This document shows, one piece after another, positions 21,846 to 25,870 of a stretch of 25,870 nt of DNA. This DNA is from Octopus sinensis. Lineage: Eukaryota. Where the stretch lies: assembly GCF_006345805.1 (NCBI RefSeq), contig NW_021836082.1, positions 1-25,870 on the forward strand, in the 5' to 3' direction. The number at the start of each line of letters is the position of its first letter. The first letter of the stretch is position 1. The notes under the pieces were generated by a model. The model was not told the origin of the DNA and searched no databases. It saw nothing but the letters and a program-made list of their open reading frames with translations. A program made the translations under genes and the position numbers.

Positions 21846-21983
21846 TTAAACTTAAATGTTGAAGTGAATCGAACGGCTTTTGTGTGTTTCTTAAATGGCT
21901 TATAAACACCTTCCACGCTGCAATTGTTTTCGTTTCAGCACACAATCTCAGATCAAATTACTTGCTATGTGAGTACATCTCCA

Positions 21984-22018
<35 letters not shown>

Positions 22019-22044
22019 CACACACACATATATATATATGTGTG

Positions 22045-22347
22045 TTGTTTGTTCCTTCTTGAGCCACGCCTGGCTCATAAGGCCTGGTTTCCCGGTTTCT
22101 TTGGCATATAGATTCCCCACCTGAACGGGACGCCGGCCCATCGCAGGTGTGCTGCAAGATACAGGAGGAAAGAGTGAGAGAAAGTTGTGGCGAAAGAGTC
22201 AGCAGAAGTTCGCCATTACCTTCTGCCGGATCCATGTGGAGCTTAGGTGTTTCGCTCATAAACACACTCATCGCCCGGTCTGAGATTCGAACCCGCGATC
22301 CCTCGACTGCGAGTCTGCTGCTCTAACCCCTAGGCCATGTGCCTCCA
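22045..22347 (-). mobile_element. tRNA SINE with V/Meta-domain-like segment
   Basis: Reverse head tggaggcacatggcctaggggttagagc, B box ggttcgaatc; related to 23863-24174. Confidence 0.85.
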
Positions 22348-22714
22348 TGGTGAGAGATAAATATTACTTAATAGACACAATACATGTATTTATGTGTTAC
22401 TAAGAGTTTCATACTTTGAGAAATACCTCAAATGTATTCATCAGGCACAAACTACATATCATAATGAAATATAAATTGAATGAGAGAAGAAACACGAAAA
22501 GTTGAGAAGGAAACATAGAAAACATGACAGGTTAAAAAAAACAGAAAATGTATAAGTAAAAATCAAAGAAGGTAGAAGAGTTATGCTCCTTAGACATTAA
22601 ATTATAAGGCTGGAAAGATATCGACAAGTTAATCAGGTATAGACGGAATTTTCCAATTCTTCAAAATAAACTTAGACATATGTTTACAGCTGTTAAATTG
22701 AAATGGATGCTGGT

Positions 22715-22895
22715 ATCATATAAAAAGCACCCAGTACACATTGTGGAGTGGTTGGTGTTAGGAAGGGCATCCAGCTATAGAAACCATGCCAGAACAGACA
22801 AATGGAGCCTGGTGCTACCCCTGGTTTTATCAGCTCCAGTCATACCGTCCAAACCTCCAACCCATGCCTGGATGGAAAATGGACATTAAATGATT
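22715..22895 (+). mobile_element. RTE 3' tail fragment
   Basis: gtggttggtgttaggaagggcatccagctatagaaacc...ccaacccatgcctggatggaaaatggacattaaatgat. Confidence 0.85.
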
Positions 22896-23792
22896 ATATA
22901 TATATATATATATATATATATAACAAAATAATAAATAAAACATATGCATATATACATACATATATGTACATACCTACATCTATATGTATATATACATGCA
23001 TATATGGGTACAGGACACCAAATAGACGTTGAACACAACGAGAAATGAAAACATCAAAACAAACCATGGAAACGGACTTTTTTCAAACAACGAAAAAACG
23101 GAGTACAAGACATACAACACAAGGAATATTCCCCTTCTTCAGCTGCCCCTGCTTCGTCTCCCCCGTGTTTTGAAGGTAAGGGCAAGACACGACTTTGTTG
23201 AAACAGTCCTTCCCGTAAAGCAAATTAAATAAAATTTGGAATTTTTTGCGGAGGGGTAAAAGTGGTAACAAGAACAGGACAGTAAAAACAAACCAAGACA
23301 GTAAAAGCAATACAAATAAAAACAGTAAAAGACAGGACAAGGAGAATAACACAGTAAAAACAAACGGTAAGGGCTGTTAAGCCGGAACAAAAGGAAAAAT
23401 TATTTTGAACACTTTGAGAGAATGGCTTAAGAGAGGGACAGGAAAGCCGTCTGCACATGAGTGGCTGTGTCGTAAGTAGCTTGCTTACCAACTATATGGT
23501 TCCAGGTTCAGTCCCACTGTGTTGTCAACAAAAACTGTACCAGCCGAACACTGGGGTGGGGGTGGGGGTCAATGTTATTGACTTACCCCATCTCTTGAAC
23601 TTGCAGCCCTTGTACCAATATTTGATGCTAATATTCTCTGTAAGCAAGTCTGGTTGGTCATGGGGAAATGGAGAAATGTTACCTTACTTGGAAACAAGTG
23701 AGGGTTGGTGACAGGAAGGGCATCCAGCTGTAAAAAAATCTCCCCCTATAAATTCCATCTGACCCATGCAAAGATGGACAAGTGGACATTAA

Positions 23793-24344
23793 CCCTTTTG
23801 TTACTTCTTTTGTTCTTTCTTTTGAGGTGCTCTGTGTTTCTTTCCAATTAATTTTAATTATAGTGGAGGTGCAATGGCCTAGTGGTTAGGGCAGCAAACT
23901 TGCGGTCAGAGGATCGCAGTTTCGATTCCCAGACCAGGCGTTGTTTGTGTTTATTGAGCAAAAACGCCTAAAGCTCCACGAGGTTCCAGCAGGGGGTGGT
24001 GGCGACTCCTGTTGTACTCTTTCGCCCTAACTTTCTCTCACTCTTTCTTCCTGTTTCTTGAATAATGCTGCAATGGACTGGCATCCCGTCCAGCTGGGGG
24101 AGAACGCATACTCCATGGAAACTGGGCCCATGAGCCTGGCTAGGCTTGAAAAGGGCGCATAAATAAAAAAAAAATTTAATTATAACAAAAAACTTAGTAA
24201 AATAACTTCATTATCATTAAGCTAGTGTTATGAACATAAATTGTGACTAGGGTTTGGTGGAAGATTTTAATTCAGAACTTTGGAAAACATGACATTTGTA
24301 CTACAGAGCCAGATGCGGTTCTAGCCTGGTTGGCATTGAAAGGG
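23793..24344. mobile_element. piggyBac-like MITE inserted in the TTAA of an RTE tail
   Basis: TTAA at 23789-23792 and 24345-24348; CCCTTT...AAAGGG termini; splits ggacattaa from atgatgatg. Confidence 0.8.
23863..24174 (+). mobile_element. Full-length tRNA SINE with V/Meta-domain-like segment, poly-A tail and 10-bp TSD
   Basis: A box tggcctagtgg, B box gtttcgattcc, gatggactggcatcccgtccag-like domain; tttaattata at 23853-23862 and 24175-24184. Confidence 0.88.
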
Positions 24345-24519
24345 TTAAATGATGATGATAGTGGTGGTGGTGGTGGTGGTGATGATGATGATGATTATTT
24401 CAGTCAATCAAATTTTGGACTTTGAAAGCTCTCAGGATTTCACATAAAGGGTTATCCATGTGACTACTGTTTCTACTACCATCATTTCCATTCATGTTTG
24501 CCTTGTCTTTCCTCTCTCT

Positions 24520-24880
24520 CTCTCTCTTCTACTACACCACTGCAACTACCACCACTACCACCATCACCACAACTACCAACACCACCACTACCACCATTGT
24601 CACAATTACTGTCACTGTTTATTTATCACTTCCAAGACTGCTACCTCTGCTGTCACTAACATTGCCCTCACCATCACTCTGACCCCTGCCTCCACTATAA
24701 CTCCCACCTCTATCATCACCCCACCACTACTAACACTGCAACCACCTCCATCACCCACCACCACCACCACCACCTCTCCTGCTACTACTATCACCACCAG
24801 CAGCAGTGCCACCATCACCTCTCCTACCACTATCCTATCACCACTACCCTCCACCTGCCACCCACCACCACCACCGCTAA
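24520..24880. repeat. (CAC/CAT/CTA)n low-complexity tract
   Basis: Degenerate trinucleotide repeats; the poly-Thr/His ORFs here are artefacts. Confidence 0.85.
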
Positions 24881-24969
24881 ACCAGTGCTTGTTAGTCAAT
24901 ACTTAAGTTCTTCAACTTAAGGTATTTCCTCTGTAGTGGGGGTAGGGGGAAGGTTATTTTACATATTTC

Positions 24970-25560
24970 ATGTTGATGTTCTTATTCTCTTTCTGTACCT
25001 CTCCCCACCACTTTCCGGTACAATTGTTGTTATTTGTTAATTCTCATTCTTCATCTTTCACCTCTGTTTCTTTTTTTTTTTTCATTTTCATGTTCACAAT
25101 TTTTTTTATTTATCTATTTCTTCAACCTCATTCTTCTTTTTTCATCACCTTATTACTCTTTCCATCATCACCTTGTTGTTTTTTTCATCATTTCATTCTT
25201 CTTCTTCTTCACCTCATTCTTTTTTTCATCCCATTCTTCTTCTTTGTCACCTCATTCATCTTATTCATCACTCCAATTTTTCTTTGTCATCTCATTCTTT
25301 TCTTTCATTGCCTCATTCTTTTTCATTAACTTTTCTTTCATTTACTTCTTCTTCAACTCCTCCTCATCTTTTCTCATCTCTATTCATCTATTTTTATTTC
25401 TTTTTCTCTTTTCTCCATCTCCTCCATCTTCTTATCTCTCTTCCCTTTCTCAATTCATATTCTCTACACCCTCCTCTTCCTTATTCTCTAATCCCTTCCT
25501 CCACCTCCTTCCCTCCTAATCTCACTTCTACCATCACTGTCTATTTTTCTTTGCCCACTG
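24970..25560. repeat. Pyrimidine-rich (TTC/TCA)n low-complexity tract
   Basis: Strong T/C strand bias; the poly-Phe ORFs are artefacts. Confidence 0.85.
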
Positions 25561-25783
25561 TTGTTATTTTCCTTCCTTTCTGAGGTAAATATACCCTTTC
25601 TAAACAAGGCTCACCAACGGAAAACTAATCCCCAATGTTTTGAATTGACTCCCTTATGTATGTGTCATGTGTGTAGTCATCATATCAACATGATTACCTT
25701 AAGGTCGGGGGAAAAAGGAAGGGTCCATGTTTTCATGTATATAAGTGCATGTGGATGTATGTGTAATAATGTATAGTGCCTAT

Positions 25784-25833
<50 letters not shown>

Positions 25834-25870
25834 TAATATACATATATGTAGTATATATACGCATGTATGT

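Larger units (their letters stand above)
21653..21929. mobile_element. Foldback element C: 277-bp near-perfect palindrome with a hammerhead motif in each arm
   Basis: Arms 21653-21789 and 21794-21929 around a TCCG loop; the only difference is tttaagacc vs (reverse complement) taaaatcc, in hammerhead loop II. Confidence 0.9.

Noticed and set aside
23120-23150. Minus-strand CTGAAGA followed by a GGAA-TA-TTCC hairpin in an unclassified repeat (23011-23445)
   Set aside because: No GAAA/NUH follows stem II, so the hammerhead core is incomplete.
24460-25583. Long ORFs rich in Thr/His/Phe
   Set aside because: They are translations of simple repeats with no domain signal.

Overview
AT-rich, microsatellite-laden eukaryotic DNA whose SINE/RTE repertoire suggests an octopus/coleoid genome (inference from repeat recognition). 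The only host coding sequence I can support is one exon (349-967, +) encoding a signal peptide and PA domain of a Goliath/GRAIL-family (RNF130/RNF150-like) RING E3 ligase. The remaining ~24.9 kb reads as one intron filled with tRNA-derived SINEs, a decayed 5'-truncated RTE LINE and its 3' tails, a hAT deletion derivative, mariner- and piggyBac-like MITEs, and tandem repeats. The main discovery is three unrelated foldback (inverted-repeat) elements at 4973-5514, 19429-19890 and 21653-21929. Each carries a pair of outward-facing minimal type I hammerhead ribozyme motifs of the dimer-dependent kind associated with Penelope-like elements. Their cores show three different Watson-Crick states of the 3-8 tertiary pair (U3-A8, C3-G8, G3-C8) and three different palindromic stem III sequences. 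One element sandwiches a tRNA-derived Pol III head and sits inside a 10-bp direct repeat. Ribozyme activity and novelty are untested: all structures were folded by eye and no database search was possible.
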